DNA from: Callorhinchus milii | Lineage: Eukaryota | Assembly (NCBI RefSeq): GCF_018977255.1 | Contig: NW_024704749.1 | Coordinates: forward strand, 19,530,001-19,594,000 | Direction of reading: 5' to 3' | Length of the DNA stretch: 64,000 nt | Part shown: in pieces, positions 12,355 to 30,000 of the stretch | Position numbering within the stretch: position 1 is the stretch's first letter | How the letters are laid out: the number at the start of each line of letters is the position of its first letter | Program-made: the position numbers and the translations under genes | The notes under the pieces: generated by a model | The model's input: only the letters and a program-made list of their open reading frames with translations | Databases searched by the model: none | What the model was told of the DNA's origin: nothing

Positions 12355-12707
12355 AATAATAATCTGCATTTGATAGAGCAGCTTATCACGTCTTCGAGAC
12401 ATCTCAAAGCGCTTCACAGAATATAAACTGTAAAGCGAATTGACTGGGTATTTTGTGGACGAAACACGGCAGTCAATTGCACACAGCAATGTCCCACAAA
12501 CACCCGTCATAGATTGAGTGACCAAATGACTAATTATTTTTTTGAAGGGATTATTACGCCCGGTAAAGCAATCCTCTGATTTGACTATCAACCGGGTTCC
12601 TACTTGCTGCTAGATAAACAGGAGCGTGTGAAGTAAGGAAACTTGCCCAACGTTTCGCCCTGGAATCCAACCCAGGTCCTCTCTAACCCCTGAGCTTCAG
12701 GACTCCG
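12355..12707 (-). mobile_element. tRNA-derived SINE copy between SLC2A6 and CACFD1
   Basis: Same head (...gagcttcaggactcc), core and tail in reverse orientation. Confidence 0.75.
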
Positions 12708-13984
12708 CAAAGTGTATAGACCAAGGAGGTTCAGGCTGGAATCCAATCCGGGGCTTGGGGTTTTGTACATAGAGGAACAAATGGATCAGTTGGTGAGGTG
12801 CAGAAGGTGAGACAAAGACTGGCAGTAAATTCTCAGTGGTTTATTTCACAGTACAAAGGTCAGCAATGTCCGTCTCCACCAACAAACGGAAAATTGCGCA
12901 GCTTAAATACAACTACAACCCCTGCAGCACCGGCCCAGCCTGTCAGTGATGAGCGAGACATGGGGGACTGGACAGGGAGAGCTAACCATGATTCTCTACT
13001 CTCAGAATGGATTCTATATACAGTTAAGGCAAATGTGTCATCCTTTCTCCCCTGCTCCACACACACACACACACACAGAGTTCAGACACAGGAACTGTCT
13101 GCTTTCCCTCCCCTTCCCCAAATCTCAGTCATGCCCCAGTGGGCAGCAGCTCAGATACAGTAGCCTATCTTCCCCAGTCAGTGAGACAAAAATAATCCTC
13201 GAGTTTGTTATAGCGCCTTATCACGTCTTTGAGACGTCTCAAAGCGCTTCACAGGATATACTGTAAAGTGGAGTGACTATATTTTGTGGGTGAAACAATG
13301 CAAGGTCGCACGCACTGGACTTTCATTGCTCACTCACTGAGGAGTTCAAAGTTCTCAGTCTCAAAGTCTCTATTTTTTTTGAGTAAACGTTTCTGGCTGT
13401 GAGATCCGAGTGCTGCATACAAACCAGGTCTGGGAGGTGAGTGAGCAGCAGATTGTGCTCAGAACCAGTGTGTGTTTGTGTCCATGCAGCCTGAGGGAGG
13501 GGAAGCAGGGGGTTGAAAGTCCCAAGACAGAGAGAGAGAACGAGAGAGCAAAGAGAGAATCAGTTAAATTAAAAATTGTTAATAATCCTTGCATTTTATA
13601 TAGCCCCTTATCACATCATTGAAACGTCTCAAAGTGCTTCACAGGATATACTGTAGAGCGTAGTGAGTGAGTGTCTTATAGGTGAGTGCGACAGCCAATT
13701 TACATACATCAGTGCTCTGACATTATCGTTATTGCAATAATTTTGATGTCCACCGGGTATTGATCATATTGAATGGACAGAAGACTCCACGTATTCGGGG
13801 GGGAAGGGGTTGGTGGTGGGGGGCTAAGAGCAAGGCTGCAAGTCCAGGAATGGCATTCCGAGAATTTAGCCTGCCCACTAACAGGCCACGGCACAGACTT
13901 GGTTTCACCCTGGAGACCAGGTCCATTCAATGTAAGAAATTTGTCTCTTCATTAATGATAATGATCTGTGCAAGTATTATTATT

Positions 13985-14345
13985 AATGTAGTCGAGACGT
14001 CTCAAAACGCTTCACAGGATTTCCCGTAACGTGGATTGACTGTGTATATTGTTGGTGAAATGTGGAAGCCAGTTTGCACACAGCAATGTCCCACAAACAG
14101 CCATGGAGTGACTGACCAATTTTATTTGGGTGATTGTTGGCCAGGACACCGGGAGAAAGAAACTCCCTTCTCTTTTCGAATAGTAACGTGGGATTTTTAA
14201 CGTCCACCTGAACAGGCGGACAGGACCTCGCTTTAACGTCTCATCTGAAGGATGGCACCTCCGATAATGCAGCACACCCCCAGTACTGCGTTGGGAGGGT
14301 GAGCTTAGACTACCGAGAGGGAGCTACCACTGAGCCAAGCTGACA
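13985..14345 (-). mobile_element. Second SINE type (tRNA head, gttaaagatcccatgg/ctattcgaa segment, Deu-type core)
   Basis: Reverse complement of the element at 35820-36262: cactgagccaagctgacat head, cctcgctttaacgtctcatctgaagga, gtcccacaaacagccat core. Confidence 0.65.
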
Positions 14346-15752
14346 TACACAATAATTAAAGCAGTTGCTTTGGTTTTCGTACCTCAAACAATTCCCATGG
14401 AGCCATGCTGTTCCTCCCCAGTCACTCAGAACCCACAGACCCCATGACTGAAACCTCTCCTCCATCAGTCACATCTCCTTCTTCCTCCTTCTCATCATTC
14501 TTACCCTAGACAGGGCACCAGCCAACCACTACCCTCTCCTGCACCTTGGGCCTCCTGCCCTTGTGTGCTTATGTCAGTGAGGGGATGGGGAGTGGGTTAG
14601 AGACACAGGAAAAGTAGCAGCAAAAAGATGAGGCACCAAAAGGAGCTAAAATCAGAGCACAGTTCACACCCAAGACAACTGAACACCGCACCTGAAGCTA
14701 CTTCCTTTTGGGGGGAATACTGACTAAGTGCTTCGGGAAAGAGACAAAAAGAGCTTTCTTTGCTGGGAATCATTTTGTTTCCGATCAGGAAAATGGGAAC
14801 ATAGACAGGACAAAGTGATGAACTCTGACATCGCAGGCTGTGGTGCAGAGAGACAACGGGGAGAGCTGGAGGAGGAGGAAAGCAGGTCACAATCCCAAGA
14901 CACAAGCGTCTGTGTGAGGCTATCAGGAGAGGGTCAGGTCATTCATCCCGCTCACAGGTTTGACCATCTTACAGCAACATTTTAATCAATAACAACTTGC
15001 ATTTATATAGCACCTCTTACGCAGTGTAGTGTCCCAGAGCCCTTGGAAAGCTGTGGAAAGCCATGAAAGCTGTGACCCTGTTCCGTGCCCTCTCTCTCTC
15101 TCCCCGAAACATTGATTATCCAGCACCTTTGGACGTCCTCCCGACGTGAAAGGCACTGTACAAATGTAGTTTTGTTGCTGTTGTCTCCATTTAACATCCA
15201 ATGTACAGGCAGCTTTAGAAAGAGCAGAGGATGAGATCCCTAAATGTAATTACCTGATTAGAAATGGCCTTGGCGACAGTACCCACTCGGCCAGTGTAAA
15301 CGCAGTATTATTTGTGCTTCAGTGCAGCTGAGAAACTCAATCCCATTAAAAACCCAGCAACACAATAGCCCTGAGCCGACCCAGTTCCCTTATTTCCATA
15401 AATAATCATCAGTATAGTGTCTAGCACACCTGAAACCAAAGTGGGAGGAGACCTCACACACACACACGCACGCAGTTTAGAATCAAGAACGAGATTAACA
15501 GCGCTTTAAAAAATCCGTTATTCTCTAACTAACGTCAATGAAAAATAAAACTATTGCAAGTTGTGAACTAGTACGAAAGGATTCTCTTAAACAAAGCATT
15601 GCCTCTTTCCCCTTTAAATAATTCATTGCACGTTGTGATCGGAGGTGGAGAGCGGCTTGCCGTGAGCCGACTTTAGCAAGGTTCGGCTCGGCTCTCTGCT
15701 CGCTTCACAACATCCGGGAAGATGGACGGACCCAGCCCAGGGGCGGCCGTGG

Positions 15753-19668
<3,916 letters not shown>

Positions 19669-19850
19669 CTTCCTCACCGCCCGCCGAGCGCTCCTCCACT
19701 TCCGGTGCCAACTCACCTCACAACTTCCGGCCACCACCGGTGAGGTCAGAGGCACGTGAGCTGAGCGCAAGTCACCCGCGACAGGGCTCCCGCTGACCTC
19801 AATGGGCGGGACCACCTCGTCCTCGATGGGCGGAGCCACACACGTAAACA
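19669..19850 (-). promoter_or_regulatory. CpG-rich housekeeping-type promoter/5' UTR of CACFD1
   Basis: High CpG density; two ETS/GABP CCGGAAGT motifs (19698-19705, 19723-19730), an E-box CACGTG (~19753) and GC boxes (GGGCGG ~19804, ~19828). Confidence 0.6.
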
Positions 19851-20209
19851 AACTTGAGGCTGATAATGGTCCTCCCATTTGATGGAGAGCTTTATCACCT
19901 CTTCCAGACGTCTCAGAGCGCTTCACAGAATATACTCTAAAGTGAATCGACTGTATACTTCGCGGGCGAAACGCGGCGGCCAATTGCGCACGGCGGCGTC
20001 CCCCCCACAAACAGTCGTGGATTGAAGTGACCCATTTATTTATTTTTAAAATCGATCCTCTAATAAACTCACAACCAGGTTTCCGACTTTACTGCTAAGT
20101 GTACAGAGATGTGCGGAGTAAGGAAACCCCTCCAGGGGAATCGAACCCAGGTCTCTCTCGCTCGCGAGGCGAGCGCTCTTGACCGCTGAGCCGCAGGACT
20201 TGGTGAGAT

Positions 20210-20420
20210 AGGTGAGGGTGAAACCTGGAGAGAAGTGTCGAGGTGAAGCTGAGGGGAGAGATGGTGGAGGATGGAGTGGTTGACCGTAATGAAGGCAGCG
20301 GAGAGATTGAGAAAAATAAGGAGGCAGGTCAAGCCCTTATCACAGACGAAGAGAACGTTGTTGGCGTTTGTGACCAGGGCAGTTGTAGTGGTGGGTGTGG
20401 GGTGGAGGTTGGATTGGAGG
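20210..20420 (-). mobile_element. Decayed L2-type LINE reverse-transcriptase fragment
   Basis: Translation TTTALVT...NVLFVCDKGLTCLLIFLNLSAAFITVNHSILHHL resembles the LINE RT motif LLDLSAAFDTVDH. A similar fragment LLVLLDVSAAFDTVDHSILIHRL is at ~4390-4500 (+). Confidence 0.7.
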
Positions 20421-21079
20421 GACCAGTGCCCAGGGAGAGGCAAACCTGCCCCATAAAATAAACAGATGCTTCTAACACTTAAAGACTGAGCTAACCCTCT
20501 CTGCCTGGACGGAGTCCAATTAATAAAAATCACCACCTAGTATATATTCCCCACAATAATTTCTCTTCAAATGCTGGACAGACATGTTGCAATGTACAAT
20601 GAGGCACGAAGAATATAAAAAGATACAGAACAGTGACTGTAATTGAGCTCAACACATTGACAATACCCGAGTATTTTACTCTCTACTCGGGATTGTTTGC
20701 ACCTCTCATCCAGGCGCTTTGCACAAACTTCCCTTTTGTCTCTGGGTCTAGCGTGAATCCACTTGGAATCTCTTCAAAACCAAACAAATTGCAAATTGAC
20801 TGAAAACTCTCCCTCCCCCAAACTCACATGTCGTTCACCCTTGCTCTGCTGTTACAATGAAACCAAGATAAATAATGCCCCAGAGAGACCCATTATGTGA
20901 CTGTGAGGATCACATAGAGGTCATCATTTCAATTGTCCAGTGTTCGACTGATGGTAAAGTCTTGTTGTTGAAGTTCGGTCTCTCTTGGAGATGCCCAGAC
21001 GGGTCCTAAGTAGGTCCTGAGCGGAAGGTGTTAGGATTTGGTGGGTTAGAGTTGAGAGCTGTGAGTTGAGAGCTGTGGT

Positions 21080-24000
21080 TCAGTTGGCTGCTCTGCTGGG
21101 GGTTCTCGGGCTCACAGTCCAAAATAGGGCTCGGAAGCCAAACTCCCCGTGGAATTCAATTTCAGCTCGGCTGCCCATGGACTGCCACAAAAAGATGTGA
21201 TTCCCCCGGTAGGCGGAGTATTTCTGACTACCTACGTCTTTGATCTAAAAATAAAGAAAGTAATAACAATCCTCGTGTCTGATTCAAAAGTTAGAACATT
21301 CAAAATCTTAAAGTGCTTCAAAAGCAATTGCTGTCAAGTATCAAGTGTTTTTGTTGTCAAACATATGACCCTGTACAGAATGATGAGTTGGTTTGATATA
21401 TTTATAGGCCGTATCTGGCACAGCACTGAGACAAACAGAGAGAGCTCAGGGTCAACTGCTGGTCAGTGCTGATTTACTGATCTCAGATGAGCCATCAGTT
21501 GGGCTACAATTGACCTCGAAGCTCCTGGGGTCAGGTTTCCCTCTTCTGATGGCTGTCCAGTATTGGGACTGCGTAGGGGTTGGGTATGGACAGGAATAGG
21601 GCTGTGATGTCCAAGATTCAAGACCTGAAGCTCAGTCTGAGCTCACACATGAAAACTGGCCACGAGGGTGAGCTGCAATCTCCCTGTTGTAGAGTCAGTG
21701 TGTACAGAAGGGCATAAATGGTGAGGAACTGTTTCTGTTGGCAGACGATTCGAGGACAAGAGGGTGTGAATTTGAGATTATAACCAGGAGCAGGAAAGGG
21801 GAAGTTTGGAAGAATCTTTCCCCCTAGAGGGTTGTGGGGAACGACTTGCCGTGGGTCGAAAGGGACATTTATAACGGAATGAGACTGGTGCATGCGGAGG
21901 ATGGGTATTATTAGAGGGGGCAGGGTAAGAGCAGGGGATTGGGAGTAAGATGGATGAGCTGATTGGAAGAGCAAAGGTGACAGAGATACAGAGGGAGGAA
22001 TGGCCTCCTGCTTTGTGTAGTTCTGTGAGGAGGAGAATGCTGACTCACCAGGATGTAATCGGACGAGGTGCCGTTGATGCCCACTTGCAGCCTGAGGTAC
22101 AGCACGCGGATGGCGATGCGGCTGGTCGGGGCAACGTTAATGAAGGTGCGGCAGGCTTTGCCCTTGACGTAGGGGTGGGCAGGGCTGATGATCACACCCT
22201 TCGGTCCGTACAGCTGCACATCGCACTCTGCAACAACCACCAACCAGGACTGGTTAACCACCCAGGTTATTGCTGCACCACATACCCAGTTTGTCAATGT
22301 CCCTGGGCGCTGACGGGAACTCAGTGGGTTGATGAAATGCTGGTGCTGGGCTGAATGGGGGGGCTCAAAGCACTTCACCATCGATAGTGGAGTGGGCAGG
22401 ATGGGGAACCTGAAGCAGGGCAGTGCCTGTAGAGCGGAGGGAGCGGACAGGTTGATGAGGTTTTAATCAGTCAGAGATAGGGAGCAACTTTGGGTGGGGG
22501 TTGTTGGAGGGGGAACAGAGCAGCTTCGTAAAGCTCTGAGGTAGTGGGTGGGAGTTTCTCTCAGTTAAGAATGCTTTTGTCTTTGGGTCAGAAGGTCGTG
22601 GGTTCGAGCCCCACATTGGGCCTCTGAGCTCACAGTCCAGACTGATTGGGAGAAGCTGAGACAGCAAAGGCCCCACATCCATCAGACAGAGAGTTGGGGG
22701 AGCGTGATAGGATGGGACTTGCCTCTGTGGTAGCGTCGTGATGCCAAGCTGCTGGAGTACTGAAGTACCACACCATCACCGGGGTTCGCTCTCCGCTGTC
22801 TGATTGTGAGCGTGTTGGTGATGGACGTGAGCGTGAAGCCCGTCAGTTGTGAGCAGGTCTTCCACCACAGCAAACGCCCCATCAGGGTCAGGAAATCTCC
22901 TTCAACCAACGAGAAAAGTGGGTGAGTGTCAGCACGTTACAAGAGAGTTACACAGTAACATTCTATGAATTCCTGGCTTCACCCTCGGAGGTTTCAACCC
23001 GGCTTTTATACCAGTTTATCTCCCCTCCGTAGCTGGGCATTCGCTCGTGCAGTTCTGTGGGTGCCCCCCACACCTGGTACCTCTATGTGAGCCCAGCAGT
23101 TTCCTACAAACATTTGTGGATTGAGCAACCAATTTATTTTGTTTTTTGGAGGGATTATTACCCCTGGAAAGCGATCTGCCAATCGACTAACAACTGGGTT
23201 CCTACTTACTGCGAGGCAAACAGAGTTGTGTGGAGTAGGGAAACATATTACTTTCAGAGCAAGGCCCGTAAGAGCAAAAATGGGACATGGGTGGGTGCAA
23301 GCGTCTCTTACGTGCAGTGCAGGTGAACGAGCTGAACAGAATCCGCACGGTTACCACCTCCCCAAGTGGCCGGCCGATGGACACCCAGCATTCCCGCTGC
23401 TGTACACCCGTCAGGTTCAGAATCCCCGACTCGCTCAGAAGCAGCGACCCACACACACCTGGAGCAGAAACACACACAACTAGTTATCAAGGCCAGAGCA
23501 CAAGACGCCCAGCAACCAGTAACTTGTAATGAACTATTCAAAGATTTTTAAACCCTATTCTCTATATCTTATTATAGCTACAGAAATCACATCTTAAATT
23601 CTGTTGGAATTGACCTGGGAGTGTGTACGGACAGTGTAGAGGGAGCATCACTCTACCTCTAATGTGCTGTCACTGACCTGAGAGTGTGAACGGACAGTGT
23701 AGAGGGAGCTTTACTCCGTGCTGACCTGAGATGTGTTTGTGGTCGAGGGCTGTGTATAACGTACAGTATTATCACGTAACTGGTATCTGTGCCACCCTGT
23801 TGCGTGAGACGCTGCGTGCCATTGGCTGGTGGTGGTGCAGCAGCGGGTGGCTGTGTTGTTGCGGGCAGTGCCTGGGTGGTCGAGGTGGTGGGAGCCGGTG
23901 GTGTGGAGGTGCCTGGCGTGGGGCAGGGTCCAGCGTCACAAGACTGTGTGGTGAGCAAGGTGGGCAGGTGGTCGCAGAAGCTGCGGTGCACCGGCTGCTG

Positions 24001-27000
24001 GGAGTCCAGGTTAAGGCACAGCTCTTGCCGGGTGCGGATCCCGATTCCACAGGAATGCGAACACTGGAGAAGGAAAAAGAATACTCACTGCGGATAAAAA
24101 CAATAATTCACACAAGCACTTCTCAGGAATGCGATGTCTAGGGACTGTGAATAATTTATACGTGAATGTACTCCATCTGCTTGGGCTAGGGAGGTGGAAA
24201 TCATAATGTTTCTGATCACTCCCCACATATAACAATAATCCTAGCGTTTGATATAGCGCTTTAACCCTTCAAAAAAACAAGATAATAATAATAATGTGGT
24301 TACTCAATCCACGACTGTTGTGAGACGCTGCTGTGTGCAATTGGCTGCCGTGTTTCACCCGCAAAACACGCACTCACAATACTTTACAGTTTATCCCGCG
24401 AAGCGCTTTGAGATGTCTCAAAGATGTGATAAGCTCTGGACACATGATCAGCAAAGATCTCTTCGGGACACTGACCTCAGACCAATTGGATGCTTGCAAG
24501 CCAAAGGGGCAGATGTTGACCAGACAGGGTACGATGGCCGGAGGCTCGGTCTCAGCCCCGCACAGCGCTCTGTTCACCTCCACGTCGCTTCCGTTCTGAA
24601 ACTGGAGGCAGGTCACGCTCCTCTCCGCGACCCCCGCCCCGCACACGGCAGAGCATCGCCGCGGCTCCGACACCCTCCACCTGCCGGCACCAGCCACAGT
24701 CACTCCACCACCCTCCTCTCTCTCTCCTTCCCAGCACAGAGAGAGCTCCCCCAACTCTGTACAGCTCCCCCCTCTCACCCCACACAGCCCCAGCCCCCCA
24801 CCCACTCACCCAACACAGCACCACCAGAAATGCTAGATGAAAAAAGACCAAGATCCATCCAGTTCGCCTTCCACCATCCTACGTGTCTGTGTGTGGGTGC
24901 ATATGGGTGCATGTGTATGACAGGCCAGTGGGTGACCTCTCGCCAGTTACAGACCTGGCCGGGCAGGGGTGCAGGCTGCAGGGCTGGTGATCTGCAGGCC
25001 GAGGGGAATGGAGACAGTCACCGTCGGGAGCCAGCTCCTCTCGCAGCCCCACGTCCCTGGCGCAGTACAGGATTCTCCGCCTCACGCCCCCTCCGCAGGT
25101 TACACTGCAGGTGTCTGTCTCGTACCTCCACCTGGGAACAAAGTTATTAAAGATCAGGTGGCTGACATTCTCCAGCACAGAGCTTTAGCCTGAACTCAGT
25201 AAAAGATCACCTCAGTGCTCCTCACGCTCTGAAATACCAGAACAAACCTGGTGGAATTTCTCACTCCTGGTCGCAGGCATTTAAAGACCATTTTTGGTCC
25301 AAGAATTTAAGGTGGCTCAGAATTGTGGATAATTCTTGAATTCAGTCTCAATTCAGAAGCCGTTTCTTCCTGCAGTTCTTCAAAAAGTAGGTGAAACAAT
25401 TTAAATTCTTTAAATGAAACAAGGATTGAAGAATTATCCACAAAGCTGATCCACCTTCAATTTTAACCCAGCTTTTTTTTTTAAGCAGTCTGAGACTAGA
25501 CAGCCTCAGGAGAAGAGGGGAGAGAAATTGAGGGGGAAATAAAACCAAGTGTTTGCCTTTTCTGGGGTGGAGGTGGGGTGGTGAATATAGAATCGCGTGA
25601 AGAGCAGGGAATAAGTGTGTGGACCTGGAGTTCTCTGGTGTTTCAGGCAGTGATTGACTTACTGAGGAGGGCAGGGTTGGTTTGTGCAGTGGACCTGATG
25701 GACCTGGGCCTGGAAGGTTTGCAGACAGTGTTCCGGCTGTGTCTCCTCGTGGGTTTCCCGATCCACGCACATGTAGCTGAGATCTGCTACTCCTGTAGAG
25801 AAAGGGGACAAAGTCACCCACCTGCTCAGCCCAGGCTGCAGAAGGTCTCAATGCCCCTGGGTTTAGGGAGAGGAAAATCAGCCTGGGTTCCCCCACTCCC
25901 GATTGCCATCCAGATCCCCTGCTGGACAGTGCGGCGGGGCCGGGAGTGGGGAGAGGATCGGGCTTTGATGCCCCTGTGTTCAAAGCCCTAGCGACACTCA
26001 CACTGACACATACAGAATGGCCACCGAGGTGAGGTAAAGAGGGCGCCCATGGAATTACCCTGTGTGAGCCAGAGAGGAAAGGACAGTTGTCCAACAACAA
26101 CAAGTTACATTTACATAGCACCTTTCACGTCGGGAGAACGTCCTAAGGCGTTGGACAGTGAAGGGTTTGCACCCGAGCTGGGGATTGGGATCAGAATCGG
26201 GATTGTTCAACATATTTGAAATGTGTGAGGCTACAGGCAGTGGGATGACGTCACTGTTGCACTGGATGTGGTAACATGCACTGAGCATTGGTATGTAACC
26301 CAGACCTTCCCCACAGGAGGCGGAGCAGGGGCCTGTTCGTGGCACCCAGAGGAAGGTCTGGCTCCCCACACTGACACTTGGGCTGCTCGTCCCATTCCCC
26401 GGGGTTTCCACTTCCTTCCCCAACTTTTTCGAGACCTGTAATAGAAAAGGAATCATGATTACCTCAATTTCCACTGGCAACTCGGCACTCCCGTTCCACG
26501 TGACACCTCTCCTTGAGTGCCTTTCACCGGAAACTCCAAGATATCAGTGAGGAATAATCATCCTTTCACATGCAAACATTGCCAAGCACGTCACAAAATA
26601 ATAATAATAATAATAATAATCTTGCTTCATTTCATATAACGCCTTATTACGTTGTTGAGTTGTCTCAAAAGCGTTTCACAGAATATACGGTAAAGTGAAT
26701 TGACTGTATATATTGTGGGCGAAATACAGCAGCCAAATGCACACAACAGTGTAAATGAATTACTCTGAAGTGTAGCGACTGTTAGGTAAGCAAATGAATC
26801 CATTAGGTAAGCTCGTCTGTTCCAGCAATGTCCCCCACGGAGTAGGGGCATGAAAAAACATAAGCACATGTACACACTTGCAGGCAGGCACACGCAAACT
26901 CTTTCACACACAAATTCATGAACACACAACTTCCACACAAATGCACACGCAAACATAGATACACACAAGAAAGGGCAAGTGAACACTGACAGACACACAC

Positions 27001-30000
27001 ATACACGATCATTGGGGATGTGGAGCCAATACTTGCCCCTGGCCAGGACTCTGTGCCCAGCTCGGAGAGACAGATGCTGACAATACACTGGGTCAGCACG
27101 GTCGGCCTCTCTGTCTCTCCGCACCATGTCTCGTTGACCTCCACGTCTGTTCCATTGATGATCTGGACACAGGTGGCAGCCTGCTGGGCAACTCCAACCC
27201 CACAGGAAGCAGAGCATGGGCCCGCAGCCGAAACCCTCCACCTGTAGCCGGGAGACAGGGAGAGCAGCCTGAGTGGTTGTGTACTTACTGTCGGCAACAG
27301 TCACCATATCAGGCACAGGAATTCCTTATTCAAGGACCCACATCTCTTCTCTGTCAACTCACTCCCAGTCCCTCACTCACTCCCAGTCTGTCACATCCGT
27401 GCTGTGTGCAGGAAGTGCCACTGACATCTCCGTGAAGAAATTGACATCAATAGTCTTCTCTGCATGCAGGAAGTTACATCAGCACTCAGTGCGGCACTGG
27501 ATGGGTTACCTGGCAGGACAGTCCTGGGTGTTACACTTTTGCACAGACTCTGGTTTAGGAATGCTGCCGCACTCAAGATCAGCGACTCTGAGCTCCTTAC
27601 GTCCCTCCCTTCTCACACAGTGCATGTCCCGCTCCCTCCATCCTCCACCACACGTCACTGAGCAGGGACCCTGCGGCCCGACTTCCCACCTGCACGTGCC
27701 AGGATCAACAACAGGAACAGATGAATGCAGGGGTCAAAGTAAGGCAAGACATTATTAACACAGCCAGCTACAACACAGCATCACTAGATGAGACTTTGGT
27801 TACTATGCCCCTATTCTCTGGAACTCTCTCCCCCAAATCCTTTCCCTTTGATCTTCTCTCCTTCAAATTCCCCTTGAAATCATTCCCCCTTGTACCTTGC
27901 CTTTGGTCAACACCTCTAAATTCTCCCTCATCCATCTTCTCTGAAAGGCTTTGAGGTGTTCGACCAATATCATGTTGGCCAGGACACTCCACTCCACCTT
28001 CCTTCAGACTATTCTCTTCAAATTTAAGTCTGGAAAACATTTGAACTCAGCCTTATTTTGGCAGGCCTTCAAAAAGAAACTTGCTTCCAAATTAAGATTG
28101 GATTTCAGAATTTTTCATCTACGTTCTGCATTATCTTAAATTTTAGGCCAGTGGTTTTAAAAAACTGAGCTACGCTAACACAGATTGAGAGAGACTGAGA
28201 CAGACTGAACCTCTTTGAAACTTACTGAAGCCACACTCATACCAACTAAACCACAGTAACACAGGAGTGGTACAGAGCACACCACGGAGAGTAGGGATAC
28301 AGATGAAATGTACAAACATGATGTGTAATAGATTGAGAGAGAGAGCGAGAGGAAGTAAAAGAAAATTATACTCTCCACAGATTGTTAAATGATTGTTATA
28401 TTTTCGCCCATCATCATTCTCAGGATCTTACCCTGGAGGGCAGGGTGTGGTGGAGCAAAGTTCCAGGCGTGCAGGGGGCTGCAGTGTCTCAGAGCAGTGC
28501 TGTGTATCCACTTCTTCCTCTGTCTGACCGTCAGCACAAATATACTGTACCCTCCCAACACCTGCAACAGGTCCAACAAACACTGTCAGCAGCTTTGGCC
28601 CTATTTACACTGTTAGCAATACCACAGTTAAACTGTGAGTGCCCCTCACCTTGTGAATAAACAGTGACTCGCACTAACAATAATCATTTTTGAATTTGAT
28701 ATAGCATCTTATCACATTGTTGAGACATCCCAAAGCGCCTCACAGGATATACTGTGTATTTTGTGGGTGAAACGCGGCAGCCAGTTGTACAAGCAATGTC
28801 CCACAAAGCCATGGTGTGAGTGACTGATTTTTGGGGGAGATTATTGGCCAAGACACCGCGAGAGAGAAACTCCATTCTCTTTTCGAATAGTTCCATGGGA
28901 TCTTTAACGTCCACCTGAACAAGCCTCAGATTAACAGGGACCTCAGATTAACGTCTATCCGAAGGAGAGTAACACAATGAGTGACCCTCACTGTACTGAA
29001 TAAAGAGCAGGAAATACCGGGAATAACTGAAATCCTGAAGTGAACTGTTAGCTGAATGCAAATGTCAGACAGTTTACCTGTACCACAAGTTGCTGAACAA
29101 GGTTGAGTGACAGGAATCCAGGTGTAAACACTCTGGTTCTTGGGAATGTAGAGACTGAAAGTGATATTGGGATTAACAATATCTCCATACTCCGGCCTGT
29201 ACTTCCGATACACCTGAAATGAAAGAGAACGGCTCATTTTGTGTGGGATGGAGGCCACGATACACAGCACGTGCTGTACAGTCAGTGGACGTAGTGGGTT
29301 TTAATATGAGGTGGAGAGGCTGTTCTGGGGTGAGGGGACTCAAGAGCCAGAGTGCATGGTGCACACCGGGGAGATAGGGTCAGGCTGCTCAGTCAAACCC
29401 ACTCTGTCAGGAAGTGTACTCCAATGTGCTGCGTCACCACACAACAGGAATCCACATCATACAGAAAGCTCCCCACACACAGTCCTGGATCACAACAGGA
29501 GAGTGAGAGGTGTCAGTGTTACACCCGTGTTAGAGATAAAGCAAAGCTCCCTCTACACCGTCGCATCCAGGACTCCCAAGTCAGCTAGAGTACAATTTAG
29601 ATAAGGCCTTTTGGCTAAGATCAAGTTTAGAATCTGTTTTGATCAGGTACTCCTTGGGATATGCGCCTGTCAGAAAGCTCTCCTGTTGAAATTCGCTTGT
29701 ATTTATGTGTCCACGACCCAAGCTCCCCAGAATACATTCAAATTGGGCTTAGAGGGGGCGAGTGGGGAGGCTGTCAGACTGTTAGGCCACTCTGGGTTCA
29801 AAGCTGGAGTTCCAGCAGGGAAAGCACAATAGCATTCGACCGACTGTGTCGCTCAGGTCAGTCAAGTGTTCTGTTTCGCAAGGAAGGAGTTACGTTATTG
29901 TTTACCTGTATTTCAATAGTTTCGTTTGTGGGGCCCGGGATAATGATCTCTTCCGAATGGGGGAAGTTCTCCCGGGTCAGGTACAATCTGTACATCATCC

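Noticed and set aside
28470-28482. Apparent frameshift in ADAMTS13 exon 18 suggested by the ORF track
   Set aside because: Manual reading (CAG CCC CCT GCA CGC CTG GAA CTT TGC) is in frame; the listed ORF is a different frame.
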